64,000 nt of DNA from Ignavibacteria bacterium RIFCSPLOWO2_12_FULL_56_21 (lineage in GTDB: Bacteria > Bacteroidota > Ignavibacteria > UBA10030): the NCBI GenBank assembly GCA_001802945.1, contig MHAK01000077.1, forward strand, positions 37,520 through 101,519, read 5' to 3'. The notes below the pieces were generated by a model. The model had not been told where the DNA came from, did not search any database, and was given only the letters and a program-made list of their open reading frames with translations. This document shows, piece by piece, positions 54,602 through 63,205 of this stretch (position 1 is its first letter; the number at the start of each line of letters is the position of its first letter). The position numbers and the translations under genes were made by a program.

Positions 54602-56109
54602 ACCGTAGAATCCCCCGTTGAAGACGTTGACTCCTCTACCGCTCTCAGCGTTGCACCGAGTTTTTCCATGGTCTCCTGATACTCCCGCTCCGGCCGCGAA
54701 TCCGCCACAATGCCCGCCCCCGCCTGCAGCGACACCATGCCAGCATGTGCGACGATGGTGCGAATGGCAATGCAGGAATCCATGTTGCCGGAAAAGTCTA
54801 TATAGCCGACAGCTCCTCCATAGACTCCTCTGCGTATCGGTTCCAGTTCAGCGATGATCTCCATTGCCCTGATCTTCGGGGCTCCGCTCAGTGTTCCAGC
54901 GGGAAAACACGCGTAGAGCGCATCCAATGCCGTGACATCGGGTCGGAGCTCACCACTGACCGTCGACACCAGGTGCATGACGTGCGAAAAAGCTTCCACG
55001 GACATGAATTCGTCCACCTTCACCGATCCGTACGCGCAGATCCGTCCGAGGTCGTTCCGTCCCAGATCGACCAGCATGAGATGTTCTGCCCGCTCCTTTT
55101 CGTCCTCAGAGAGTTCCTTCCGCAACGCTTCGTCCTCCGTCTTCGAAGCTCCCCTACGGCGTGTTCCCGCGATCGGTCGCGTTTCCACTCTTTTCCCTTC
55201 AACACGAACCAGCATCTCAGGAGACGACCCGATGATGGAAAGTCCGTCCATGTCGATGTAGTACATGTACGGGGAAGGATTGATCCTTCGCAAGTTCCGA
55301 TACAGTGTGAACGTATCGCCCGAAAAGGGCCGGCGGATGCGCTGTGATAGCACGACCTGGAAGATGTCCCCTGCCCGGATGAAATCTTGCGATCGCCGGA
55401 CCCAGGACTCGAACTGCTCCCGGGGCGTTGCGGTGACCCGCACATCGGACGAACGGGGAGATAACAACGGAGGTTGAAGAGGACTGAGCAGGCACGTCCG
55501 CAGGCGTTCGATTTCTGCGATGGCCTTGTCGTATTCGCTTCGGATAAGCTTCGGCGAACGCTCCCCTTCCGGAATGTAACCGTTGGAGACTAGAAAGACC
55601 TCTCGCCGAACATTGTCAAAGATCAGGACCGTGTCGCAAAACAGCAGACTCGCGTCAGGAAGGTCAGTATCATCGACCTTAGCGCACGGAACGTCCTCAA
55701 CGAGCCGGATAGACTCGTAGCCGAAATAGCCGACAGCTCCACCGGTAAGACGCGGAAGACCCGGTACGTGAACGGTTTTGAAGTGCCGGAAGATGGAATT
55801 AAGAGCTTTCAGAGGATGGTCGTTCGGCGAGACGAGTTTTGGCAGAACGCGAACGTCCTCATGACGGATGTCGATCTCGAACGATCGTCCGTGAATGCGA
55901 AACACCATGAAGGGATCGACGCCGATGAACGAATACCGGCCGATCGACTCTCCTCCTTCGACGCTTTCGAGGAGAAAACTGAACGGAGAAAGGGAACGGA
56001 GCTTCAGGTAAACGGAAACGGGCGTCTCTGTGTCCGCCAGAAGTGTATCGAACACGGGGACAACATTGCCGGTTACGGAGAGACGCTCGAAGTCTTTAAA
56101 GGCTAACAT
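54598..56109 (-). CDS. trpE: Anthranilate synthase component I
   Basis: FLLESVEGGESIGRYSFIG (Trp-feedback block)..LVDLGRNDLGR..GAGIVADS. Confidence 0.95.
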   Translation of the reverse strand: MLAFKDFERLSVTGNVVPVFDTLLADTETPVSVYLKLRSLSPFSFLLESVEGGESIGRYSFIGVDPFMVFRIHGRSFEIDIRHEDVRVLPKLVSPNDHPLKALNSIFRHFKTVHVPGLPRLTGGAVGYFGYESIRLVEDVPCAKVDDTDLPDASLLFCDTVLIFDNVRREVFLVSNGYIPEGERSPKLIRSEYDKAIAEIERLRTCLLSPLQPPLLSPRSSDVRVTATPREQFESWVRRSQDFIRAGDIFQVVLSQRIRRPFSGDTFTLYRNLRRINPSPYMYYIDMDGLSIIGSSPEMLVRVEGKRVETRPIAGTRRRGASKTEDEALRKELSEDEKERAEHLMLVDLGRNDLGRICAYGSVKVDEFMSVEAFSHVMHLVSTVSGELRPDVTALDALYACFPAGTLSGAPKIRAMEIIAELEPIRRGVYGGAVGYIDFSGNMDSCIAIRTIVAHAGMVSLQAGAGIVADSRPEREYQETMEKLGATLRAVEESTSSTGDSTV

Positions 56110-56122
56110 TCGTTCTCAAAAT

Positions 56123-56190
56123 AATTTGCCACGAAGTCACGAAGACACAAAGGAAACACTGAATGTGAATCTTTCCTTCGTGAATTTGCC
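56123..56190. repeat. Multi-register inverted-repeat element C, flanked by an 8-bp direct repeat
   Basis: AATTTGCC-acgaagt-CACGAAG-a-CACAAAG..CCTTCGTG-AATTTGCC. The AATTTGCC copies at 56123-56130 and 56183-56190 are exactly 60 nt apart. Confidence 0.85.
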
Positions 56191-56202
56191 CGTCCTCGGC
56201 CT

Positions 56203-56346
56203 CGACCAGCGGTTCGACCCTTCGGTGAACTCAGGGTCGCTCTGAGCGACCGTAGGGAGTCGAAGGGCGACTTGCCTATCGGCTCGCTCGCCATTCCGAG
56301 CTTGCCTACGGCGGGTAAACTCCGTCGAGGGACCTCGGGCGAGGTC
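56203..56346. repeat. Second GC-rich hairpin / 30-nt tandem array
   Basis: GGTCGC/tctga/GCGACC at 56235-56251. AGTCG/aaggg/CGACT at 56258-56272. GACCTC/gggc/GAGGTC at 56331-56346. CTTGCCTA occurs at 56271 and 56301, 30 nt apart. Confidence 0.7.
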
Positions 56347-56393
56347 GGGATGTCGTTGTGGTCCTTCTTGTTTCAAAGTCTTCGAAGTATTAC

Positions 56394-56867
56394 TCAATGT
56401 CGGTCGGGTGAGGCAATGAACTCGCAGTTGCGCCCCTCAAACTTGACGACCCGGGAACGAAAGTCTTCGGGAACCGGTACGGGCTTGTCGGTTTTCGGGT
56501 CGAGCCACACGTGGTACGCCACATTTTCCGCTACAGCCTCTCCGGTATCTGCACGCTCCATGAGCCCTTCCATGGCAAAGCTGGTGTTCTTTATGAAGGC
56601 GATGCGTGTGCGTACGGTTAAGAGTTGGTCGAACAACGCCGGCGCCTTGTAGTTGATCTCATTTCTGACGAGCACGACTTTTGAAGCTCCGTTGATCATG
56701 TTGAGATCAATCTGCGCGCCGATGTTCTTCAGGTATTCAACGCGCCCCACTTCGAAGTAGAGAAGATAGCTACCGTTATGGACAATACCCTGCCAGTCCA
56801 CTTCGTAGTTGCGAACGCGGAGCTGGTTGGAAAAAGAGAACTTTGAGGCTTCCATGGTTGGGCGCAC
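56394..56867 (-). CDS. Acyl-CoA thioesterase, hotdog fold (YbgC/4HBT family)
   Basis: LRVRNYEVDWQGIVHNGSYLLYFEVGRVEYL. Confidence 0.85.
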   Translation of the reverse strand: MRPTMEASKFSFSNQLRVRNYEVDWQGIVHNGSYLLYFEVGRVEYLKNIGAQIDLNMINGASKVVLVRNEINYKAPALFDQLLTVRTRIAFIKNTSFAMEGLMERADTGEAVAENVAYHVWLDPKTDKPVPVPEDFRSRVVKFEGRNCEFIASPDRH

Positions 56868-56893
56868 ACCTAGTGGACCATTGTTGAATCAAA

Positions 56894-56994
56894 CCGCGAA
56901 TGAACGCTCATAAACGCGAGTAAGTATTATGTATAACAACCAAAAATCACTACCCAAAACGGCTAACGGTTTTGCAATTAGCGTACATTCGCGG
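56894..56994. repeat. Multi-register inverted-repeat element D
   Basis: Units CGCGAAT, CGCTCAT and CGCGAGT start at 56895, 56905 and 56915. CCGCGAATG (56894-56902) pairs perfectly with CATTCGCGG (56986-56994). Confidence 0.8.
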
Positions 56995-57006
56995 TCGTTT
57001 ACTTTC

Positions 57007-58035
57007 TTACGCGCCGAATTCCATCGCAATCGCGTTAGCGGCCATACGTACTTCCGCTTGTGACACATCCAGATGCATGACGGCGCGGACGGTGTGGCGG
57101 TCCATGTCGGAAAGGAGGACGCCGCGCGCTTTCATTCTCGCTATGACGGCCGATGCATCGAGCCCTGATTTCGAGACATCCACTGCGACAATGTTGGTCT
57201 GTACGGACTTCATGTCGACCGAAAATCCTTTGACGCCACCGACGATCTCTGCATAGGTCCTGGCCTTTTCGTGGTCTTCGGCAAGGCGGTCAACATTGTT
57301 CTGCAAAGCAAAAAGAGCACCTGCGGCGATGATGCCGGCCTGACGCATTCCACCACCAAGTATCTTGCGAACCTTGCGCGCTTTGGTGATCAGCTGTCGG
57401 GAGCCCGCGACTGCAGATCCCACCGGTGCGCCAAGTCCTTTCGAAAAGCAGACAGACACAGTATCTGCGCAGGCCGCGAAATCCCGAGGTTTCACGCCCG
57501 ATGCCACGCTTGCATTCCAAAGCCTCGCTCCGTCCACATGAAGTGAAAGTCCCTTTGACGTGGTCATGGAACGAAAGGCCCTAAGCGTTTCGAGCGGTAC
57601 AATCGTTCCCCCCGCTTTATTGTGTGTGTTCTCCAGACAGATCAGGCGAGTCGGAGGCATATAATACGCAGACCCGCGAATGAGATCTTCCACTTGCGCA
57701 ACCGTTGGCACTCCCCGTTCACCGGCGACTTGTCGCAGCTGCACTCCCGATATAATCGGCGCAGCAGCGGTTTCGTACTGTAGAATGTGTGCACCAGCTT
57801 CAACGATTACTTCATCTCCGGGCTGCGTCTGAATTTTCAGCGAGATCTGATTCGCCATGACACCGGTCGGAACGAAGAGCGCCGCTTCCTTTCCCAACAC
57901 TTCTGCTACAGTCTCTTCGAGGCGACGAACGGTCGGGTCTTCGCCAAACACGTCATCCCCCACCTCTGCATCGGCCATAGCTTTCCGCATGGCGGGGGAA
58001 GGCTTGGTGACGGTATCGGAACGTAGGTCAATCAT
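57007..58035 (-). CDS. ltaE: Low-specificity L-threonine aldolase
   Basis: [46 protein letters not shown] (PLP lysine). Confidence 0.92.
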   Translation of the reverse strand: MIDLRSDTVTKPSPAMRKAMADAEVGDDVFGEDPTVRRLEETVAEVLGKEAALFVPTGVMANQISLKIQTQPGDEVIVEAGAHILQYETAAAPIISGVQLRQVAGERGVPTVAQVEDLIRGSAYYMPPTRLICLENTHNKAGGTIVPLETLRAFRSMTTSKGLSLHVDGARLWNASVASGVKPRDFAACADTVSVCFSKGLGAPVGSAVAGSRQLITKARKVRKILGGGMRQAGIIAAGALFALQNNVDRLAEDHEKARTYAEIVGGVKGFSVDMKSVQTNIVAVDVSKSGLDASAVIARMKARGVLLSDMDRHTVRAVMHLDVSQAEVRMAANAIAMEFGA

Positions 58036-58117
58036 AGATCAGGAAAGAAAACAGTTCGTATTTCTTCAGCGCCGCAAAATTCGCACTCTGTCTAGCCCGT
58101 CGCCTCCGGAGATGTTC

Positions 58118-58181
58118 CACGAATTCACACGAATGATACACGAATTAGCACGAATGAAAGATTAAGTTCTGACAATTCGTG
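58118..58181. repeat. Multi-register inverted-repeat element E
   Basis: CACGAAT at 58118, 58128, 58139 and 58149, and a single ATTCGTG at 58175. Confidence 0.85.
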
Positions 58182-58372
58182 ACCATTTGCGTCAAAACTA
58201 TAGACAGCATTCATGTTCATTAGTGGACAACTCCTATAAATCGCGCTTCACCCAACTCGACTCACCTCAGAGCCAACTGCATGCCTGGTTTACGGTGAAG
58301 CAGTCAATAACCAACAACCAACAAGGAACAACCAATGAACAAGTGCGATTGTTTCGAAAGCCAAAAAGATAT

Positions 58373-58472
58373 CCACTAAGGGCCACGAGACACACGAAGG
58401 AAGAAATATATTCACCTTACCTTAGTGCCCCTTCGTGCCCCGGCTCTACCTCGCCTTAGTGGCCCTTCGTGG
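58373..58472. repeat. Multi-register inverted-repeat element F (likely the lnt terminator)
   Basis: CACTAAGG, CACGAGAC and CACGAAGG at 58374, 58384 and 58393. CCTTAGTG, CCTTCGTG, CCTTAGTG and CCTTCGTG at 58420, 58430, 58454 and 58464. On the minus strand the structure is followed by ATATCTTTTTGG. Confidence 0.85.
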
Positions 58473-58480
58473 AAGAATCT

Positions 58481-60139
58481 TTACCGGCCGCGACCAAGTC
58501 GCTTGAACGCAACGAACATACTCAGAACTCCTGCCCCAAACAAATTCACAAGACCGACAACGTCGCCGTGGCGGACATAGAACGTCTCGTCCGTTCGTGG
58601 TATGACTACCCCCACCCATGCAGCCCGTTCGTAAAGTCTGGACCGCCGGACGATCCTTCCGTTCGGATCGACGATTGCCGAAACGCCTCCGTTTGCGCAC
58701 TGGACGATCCACCGGCGATTCTCTGCCGCACGGATAGACGCGAACGCCACATGTTGATACGCCCCAGAGGTTCTGTCCCACCATGAGTCATTTGTAATGA
58801 CGGTCAGTACTTGCGCCCCTTTGCGGGTGAATTCGCGCACATAGTTTGGATAGACCGACTCATAGCAGATCATGACGGACAATCGGACAGAATCACCGGC
58901 ACGCGTTCCGACGGTGTACACAGTAGTGTCTTTTCCCATTCCCCAACTGCTTATTCCGACCCCCCATTTCAGCGGTTCGATGAGAAAGCGGAATGTCTCG
59001 GCGTATGGCAATCGTTCAGCAAAGGGAACAAGGATGACCTTCTTATAGACAGGTCCGACGTTGCCGCTTGGGTCTATGAGCGTCGCCGAATTGTACGATT
59101 CATAGTAAGTATCCGAACCTGCAATCGGTTTGGCAGTCACCGGGGCCTCTGACTTCGCAAAGAACAGAACATGTGGAAGTCCGGTCATCACTGTGGCCTC
59201 GGCGTCGCGGGCAACAGATTTTACGTGGTCGAGATATGATCGATAGCCGGGCAGGAGCATCCAAACAGGGATGGCGGTCTCGGGCCACACCACAAGGTCG
59301 GGCCGTTCGGAAAAGAGAGTTCGCGTCAACGAATCCAGTAGGAGCATCTGGCGTTCATACGACGTCCATTTGTCCGTCGAGTTCATCCCCCATTTTTCCC
59401 AAGGATCGACATCGGGTTGCACAATCCCCACACGCGTTGGCGGAAGGACGTTTCCACGATCGACGTCGTCCATTCTCAACGATCCCCACAAGAGCGGTGC
59501 AACGTACACGGTTATCATAGCTGCTGCGAGCCCGAAAGTTCGTCCGCGAGAAGCCGGCCAGCGCCCCTCGGCGACTTCCATGAGGGCCAAATAGGCAAGA
59601 ACGTTGAACGCCAGGAGGTGGAGCGTCAATCCCTGGACTGACGTGAACTCGGCCATTTGGATCCTGAGGATATCGTTGGCCTGACTGTTCCCGACAGAGA
59701 TCCACGGAAAACTGAATTCACCCCGTGCATGGAAGTATTCGAAAGCGGTCCAGAAGCAAACGAACCCTATCAACCCAATAATGCGACCTGCCTTACGACG
59801 GGAATACCAAGCGGCGAGGACGAACGGCAAGAGAAAGAACGGATGTAGGAGCAAGAGTCCACCACCGGCGACCATCATCCAACCGTCATTGGCGTGCGTG
59901 AACCCTCCGGTCCAGTAGACGGTTGTCGCGTGAAAGACCATCAGGAAAAAATAGGTGAACCGGGCCATACGCCAACCGGATGCCTCGGCATCGAGGACCG
60001 TGAAGAATGGAATAAAGGCGATGAATGCGAGGGACGAAATGGGAGAGGGCGGGAACGACAGTCCCAGGAGCAGCCCCGACAGCACGGACCGTGCAACGGG
60101 AGATGTGTAAAGTCGCGAAAGAAGAGTCTGTGCGTCCAT
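58481..60139 (-). CDS. lnt: Apolipoprotein N-acyltransferase
   Basis: Multi-pass N-terminal half plus a CN-hydrolase domain (VVWPETAIP; VMICYESVYP). Confidence 0.92.
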   Translation of the reverse strand: MDAQTLLSRLYTSPVARSVLSGLLLGLSFPPSPISSLAFIAFIPFFTVLDAEASGWRMARFTYFFLMVFHATTVYWTGGFTHANDGWMMVAGGGLLLLHPFFLLPFVLAAWYSRRKAGRIIGLIGFVCFWTAFEYFHARGEFSFPWISVGNSQANDILRIQMAEFTSVQGLTLHLLAFNVLAYLALMEVAEGRWPASRGRTFGLAAAMITVYVAPLLWGSLRMDDVDRGNVLPPTRVGIVQPDVDPWEKWGMNSTDKWTSYERQMLLLDSLTRTLFSERPDLVVWPETAIPVWMLLPGYRSYLDHVKSVARDAEATVMTGLPHVLFFAKSEAPVTAKPIAGSDTYYESYNSATLIDPSGNVGPVYKKVILVPFAERLPYAETFRFLIEPLKWGVGISSWGMGKDTTVYTVGTRAGDSVRLSVMICYESVYPNYVREFTRKGAQVLTVITNDSWWDRTSGAYQHVAFASIRAAENRRWIVQCANGGVSAIVDPNGRIVRRSRLYERAAWVGVVIPRTDETFYVRHGDVVGLVNLFGAGVLSMFVAFKRLGRGR

Positions 60140-60157
60140 GTCAATCGGCCGGACGAC

Positions 60158-60733
60158 CTAACGTCCGTCGACCTTCCGGCGGAGGATCATCTTTTCCGCC
60201 CACATCCCGGCCCACAAGATTGCCATAGCTCCGAGCGTCCCAAGGGCGGCCCCGCCCAGGACGTCGAACGGATAATGCGCCCCGACATAGATACGCGAGT
60301 ATGCGACGAGGAAAGCATAACCGAGCAGATACCACAATACCCGGGGGAAAAAAAATCCAAGAACAATCGCCCCAGCGAACGAATTCACAGCGTGTGAGGA
60401 AGGAAACGATTTCCCGGGACCGCAGTCGACGAGCATTCGCACTTCAGCCAGTTCCTGACACGGACGCGGACGGTCGACGAACGATTTGATCAGTCCGCTG
60501 TTCACTTGATCCGTAATGATAATGGTGATCACGAGCATAGCGATCGCGCGGCGTCCTCTCTCCCCTCCCTTCCAGAGTCCCCAGACGATCAGCGCTCCAA
60601 CAACGGCCAGCATCAGCGGCTGTTTGTTAAGGTCGGTCAGGAACGGCATGACGACGTCGAACACGCTGTTGGTCCACACCTCGTTGATCCTGTGGAACAG
60701 CGAAATATCCAGTGCGTAGAGTGCTTCCATCAT
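60158..60733 (-). CDS. PAP2-family phosphatase
   Basis: Start moved to ATG 60733 (ATGA overlap with the DedA stop). KSFPSSHAVNSF and SRIYVGAHYPFDVLGG. Confidence 0.85.
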   Translation of the reverse strand: MMEALYALDISLFHRINEVWTNSVFDVVMPFLTDLNKQPLMLAVVGALIVWGLWKGGERGRRAIAMLVITIIITDQVNSGLIKSFVDRPRPCQELAEVRMLVDCGPGKSFPSSHAVNSFAGAIVLGFFFPRVLWYLLGYAFLVAYSRIYVGAHYPFDVLGGAALGTLGAMAILWAGMWAEKMILRRKVDGR

Positions 60734-61362
60734 TGCGGATTCGCGGGTCCGTTTGAGTTCGTCGACGACCGTCGCAGATAGAATCTGTACAGAAGATACC
60801 CTGCGAAGAAGAGCACGACGACGATGGTGACCGTCCGTCCGTATGCCGCAAGATAGTCGCCGATCTCCCTCCAATTCGTCCCGAGGGCGTCACCCGACGT
60901 TACGAGGATTGCGTTCCAGGCGAGAGCGCTGAAGAAGGAAAGGAGAACACATGTCGTCAAGGAAAGATCGGACATCCCGGCGAAGAACGACACAACCGCC
61001 CGCGTTCCCGCGAGAAACCTGTTGGCTACGACGACCCAATAGCCATAGTGTCGAAACCAGTTCTCGACTTTCGTCACCTGGTCGACGGGAATGAATTTGA
61101 AACGTCCGGTTTCGAGTATATGCGAACCGATCCATCCTCCAATACGGTACATCGCAAGAAATCCAAGCGTGCTTCCGACCGTTGCGGAAAGCGTCAGCGT
61201 AACAGCATCCACCCTGCCGCCTGCGGCGAGAGATCCCGCCGCGACAACGACGACGTCACTCGGAAACGGTGGAAAGATATTCTCGATGAATGCGATACAT
61301 CCGACGGAAGCATACACCCAGATCGGGTCGAGTTGAGAAAGCGTTTCGAAGAGTGCTTCCAC
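60730..61362 (-). CDS. DedA/SNARE-associated family membrane protein
   Basis: ENIFPPFPSDVVVVAAG..RFLAGTRAVVSFFAGM. Confidence 0.88.
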   Translation of the reverse strand: MEALFETLSQLDPIWVYASVGCIAFIENIFPPFPSDVVVVAAGSLAAGGRVDAVTLTLSATVGSTLGFLAMYRIGGWIGSHILETGRFKFIPVDQVTKVENWFRHYGYWVVVANRFLAGTRAVVSFFAGMSDLSLTTCVLLSFFSALAWNAILVTSGDALGTNWREIGDYLAAYGRTVTIVVVLFFAGYLLYRFYLRRSSTNSNGPANPQ

Positions 61363-61364
61363 GG

Positions 61365-61868
61365 TCAGCGCGTCGAAGTAATCAGTGCGATGGCCATGGC
61401 GGCACAGCCTTCGGAGCGGCCGAGGGTGCCGAGCAGCTCGTTGGTGGTGGCTTTGACGGAGACCGAACGCGCCGGAATTCCGATCGTTCGGGCGATCCGG
61501 GCCTCCATCGACCGTGTGCGGGCTCCGATCTTCGGATATTCGAGGATCACTGTTGCATCGATGTTCACGACTCCATAGTGTTTTGACTCCAAGAGCGCAG
61601 CCACCTGTTCTAGGAGCTTTAGACTGGATATTCCTTTGTACTTGGATTTTGAATTGGGAAAATGTTTGCCGATGTCTCCCAATGAAGCGGCGCCGAGCAA
61701 TGCATCGCAGACAGCGTGGAGCACTACGTCGGCATCCGAATGACCTTTCAGAGAAACGGTTGATGGGATGGAGACTCCACCCAGAACGAGACGACTGCCC
61801 GGAACGAGGCGGTGGATGTCGTAACCGAAGCCGACGCGGATGCTAGTTGATATCGATGGTTTTGGCAA
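61365..61868 (-). CDS. ispF: 2-C-methyl-D-erythritol 2,4-cyclodiphosphate synthase
   Basis: GFGYDIHRL..GHSDADVVLHAVCDALLGAASLGDIGKHFP. Apparent TTG start. Confidence 0.94.
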   Translation of the reverse strand: MPKPSISTSIRVGFGYDIHRLVPGSRLVLGGVSIPSTVSLKGHSDADVVLHAVCDALLGAASLGDIGKHFPNSKSKYKGISSLKLLEQVAALLESKHYGVVNIDATVILEYPKIGARTRSMEARIARTIGIPARSVSVKATTNELLGTLGRSEGCAAMAIALITSTR

Positions 61869-61904
61869 CGTCGTTTTATGGTGTAGAGATTGGGAAGAAA
61901 CAAA

Positions 61905-62036
61905 CCACTAATGAGCGCGAATGCACGCGAATATAGAGGTATTCCTAAAACGCTTTCCTATTGACGATTCACTATTCACCAAAACATTATTCGCGCCTGC
62001 CATCTTTTTGGCGGGTTCATTCGCGTGTATTCGCGG
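61905..62036. repeat. Multi-register inverted-repeat element G
   Basis: CACTAAT, CGCGAAT and CGCGAAT at 61906, 61916 and 61926. ATTCGCG at 61989, 62019 and 62029. On the minus strand it is followed by TTTGTTTCTT. Confidence 0.85.
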
Positions 62037-62041
62037 TTCAA

Positions 62042-62068
62042 TCTTTCAAAACGCCAAGACTTGGCGTT
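62042..62068 (-). terminator. Terminator overlapping the acyP stop codon
   Basis: AACGCCAAG-a-CTTGGCGTT (62050-62068), followed on the minus strand by TTTGAAAGATT. Confidence 0.65.
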
Positions 62069-62339
62069 ATTGCACATCAAACCCCGAAAACTTCCCTGTC
62101 GGTTCTTCCCACTCGATCGATATACCCGTCACCATGGCAGAACGAGGTCCGGTACGCGCGAGCGACATAAGTTGCTCCAAAACCTCTTTCGAACCTTCGG
62201 CTACGATCTCCACATCGCCGTTCGGACGGTTGCTTACCGAGCCGCGAAGAGCGAGAGCTCTCGCTTTCGTTTGGATGAAATAGCGATATCCGACACCCTG
62301 CACAAGTCCAGTGACGACGCAATGAACACGAGCATTCAT
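62067..62339 (-). CDS. acyP: Acylphosphatase
   Basis: Start moved to ATG 62339. VTGLVQGVGYRYF..GSVSNRPNGDVEIVAEG. Confidence 0.9.
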   Translation of the reverse strand: MNARVHCVVTGLVQGVGYRYFIQTKARALALRGSVSNRPNGDVEIVAEGSKEVLEQLMSLARTGPRSAMVTGISIEWEEPTGKFSGFDVQ

Positions 62340-62495
62340 CGAGCGGTTAACATAGTAAGGGGTGGGGCGAAATGCAAAAAGGGCAAGCACCAATTTTCAA
62401 TAGCCAAATACCAAACAAGCATCAATAGCCTTATGGTGAAGAACGATGTTGAATTTCCAATACACAAGAAGTGTGTCTGTATGGACAGAAATCGC

Positions 62496-63095
62496 CTATG
62501 AAGTGCCGTGTAAGAAACGAGCAGCGATCGTTTTGGCATATGCCAGATCGCGCCCGGAGATGTTTTGTGCCACCGCGATCCAATGTAAAATCTCTGATTC
62601 GGCAATATTTGCCCGATGAGCCCCGCGTACATGCGAAAGGAATTGCTTGTGGAGCCCCTGAGTTGCAAGGACTGTCATCGTGACCAGTTCACGCGTACGA
62701 AAGTCGAGGCCGGGACGACTGAAAACGGTACCGTAAACGTCCCGCAGGATCCACTGCGGCAAAAACGAGGAGACGGCCTTGAGTCTCTTGAGAACGATCG
62801 GGGCTTGTTCTCCATATACAGCCAAGAAGGTCTTCTTCCCACGGACATGTGAAGGTTTAAAGAATGTGAGTGGAATGGCGCCCGCAGAATGCGAAAGTCT
62901 TTCAAGGGCGTCGAGCGTTGATGGGACTCCGAGTAGCAAAGCGAGATGCAGAATGGTCTCAGAGGCGTCCTTGATGGAGACGATCTCTCGCTTGAGGGTC
63001 CGCCGTATCAGACGGTCAGCTTCATCCCGGCATCCGACGGCGAGGAGGACCGCCAGGGTAACGAGAGTTCGTTCACGTGGAGGAAGGTCGGACAT
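62496..63095 (-). CDS. Carboxymuconolactone decarboxylase (AhpD-like) family protein with two CMD repeats
   Basis: Start moved to ATG 63095. PRERTLVTLAVLLAVG and DFRTRELVTMTVLATQG repeat halves. Confidence 0.8.
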   Translation of the reverse strand: MSDLPPRERTLVTLAVLLAVGCRDEADRLIRRTLKREIVSIKDASETILHLALLLGVPSTLDALERLSHSAGAIPLTFFKPSHVRGKKTFLAVYGEQAPIVLKRLKAVSSFLPQWILRDVYGTVFSRPGLDFRTRELVTMTVLATQGLHKQFLSHVRGAHRANIAESEILHWIAVAQNISGRDLAYAKTIAARFLHGTS

Positions 63096-63134
63096 GTGAA
63101 AGAGCAAGAGTAAAAGAAATTGCCAGTACGACAC

Positions 63135-63179
63135 CTCGCCCGACCGCTTGTAGGCACTTCATTCGGACGGGCGGGCAAG
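63135..63179 (-). repeat. 43-nt dispersed repeat, copy 2 (reverse orientation)
   Basis: The reverse complement reads CTTGCCCGCCCGtccgAATGAAGTGCCTACAAGCGGTCGGGCGAG. It shares identical 12-, 9- and 12-nt blocks with copy 1. Confidence 0.85.
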
Positions 63180-63205
63180 TCATTAAGAAAAGTTGGAAGT
63201 ATTTA

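Noticed and set aside
56110-56393. Search for a classical trp attenuator (leader peptide with tandem Trp codons), a T-box, or a TRAP (G/U)AG repeat array upstream of trpE
   Set aside because: No tandem TGG codons in a short ORF, no AGGGTGGNACCGCG-like T-box core and no regularly spaced GAG/TAG triplets were found. Only the repeat elements reported above are present.
58187-58459. 90-aa plus-strand ORF in the lnt-ltaE spacer
   Set aside because: It spans repeat elements and the A/C-rich tract, runs opposite to all neighbouring genes, and has no RBS or recognisable motif. It is more likely non-coding.
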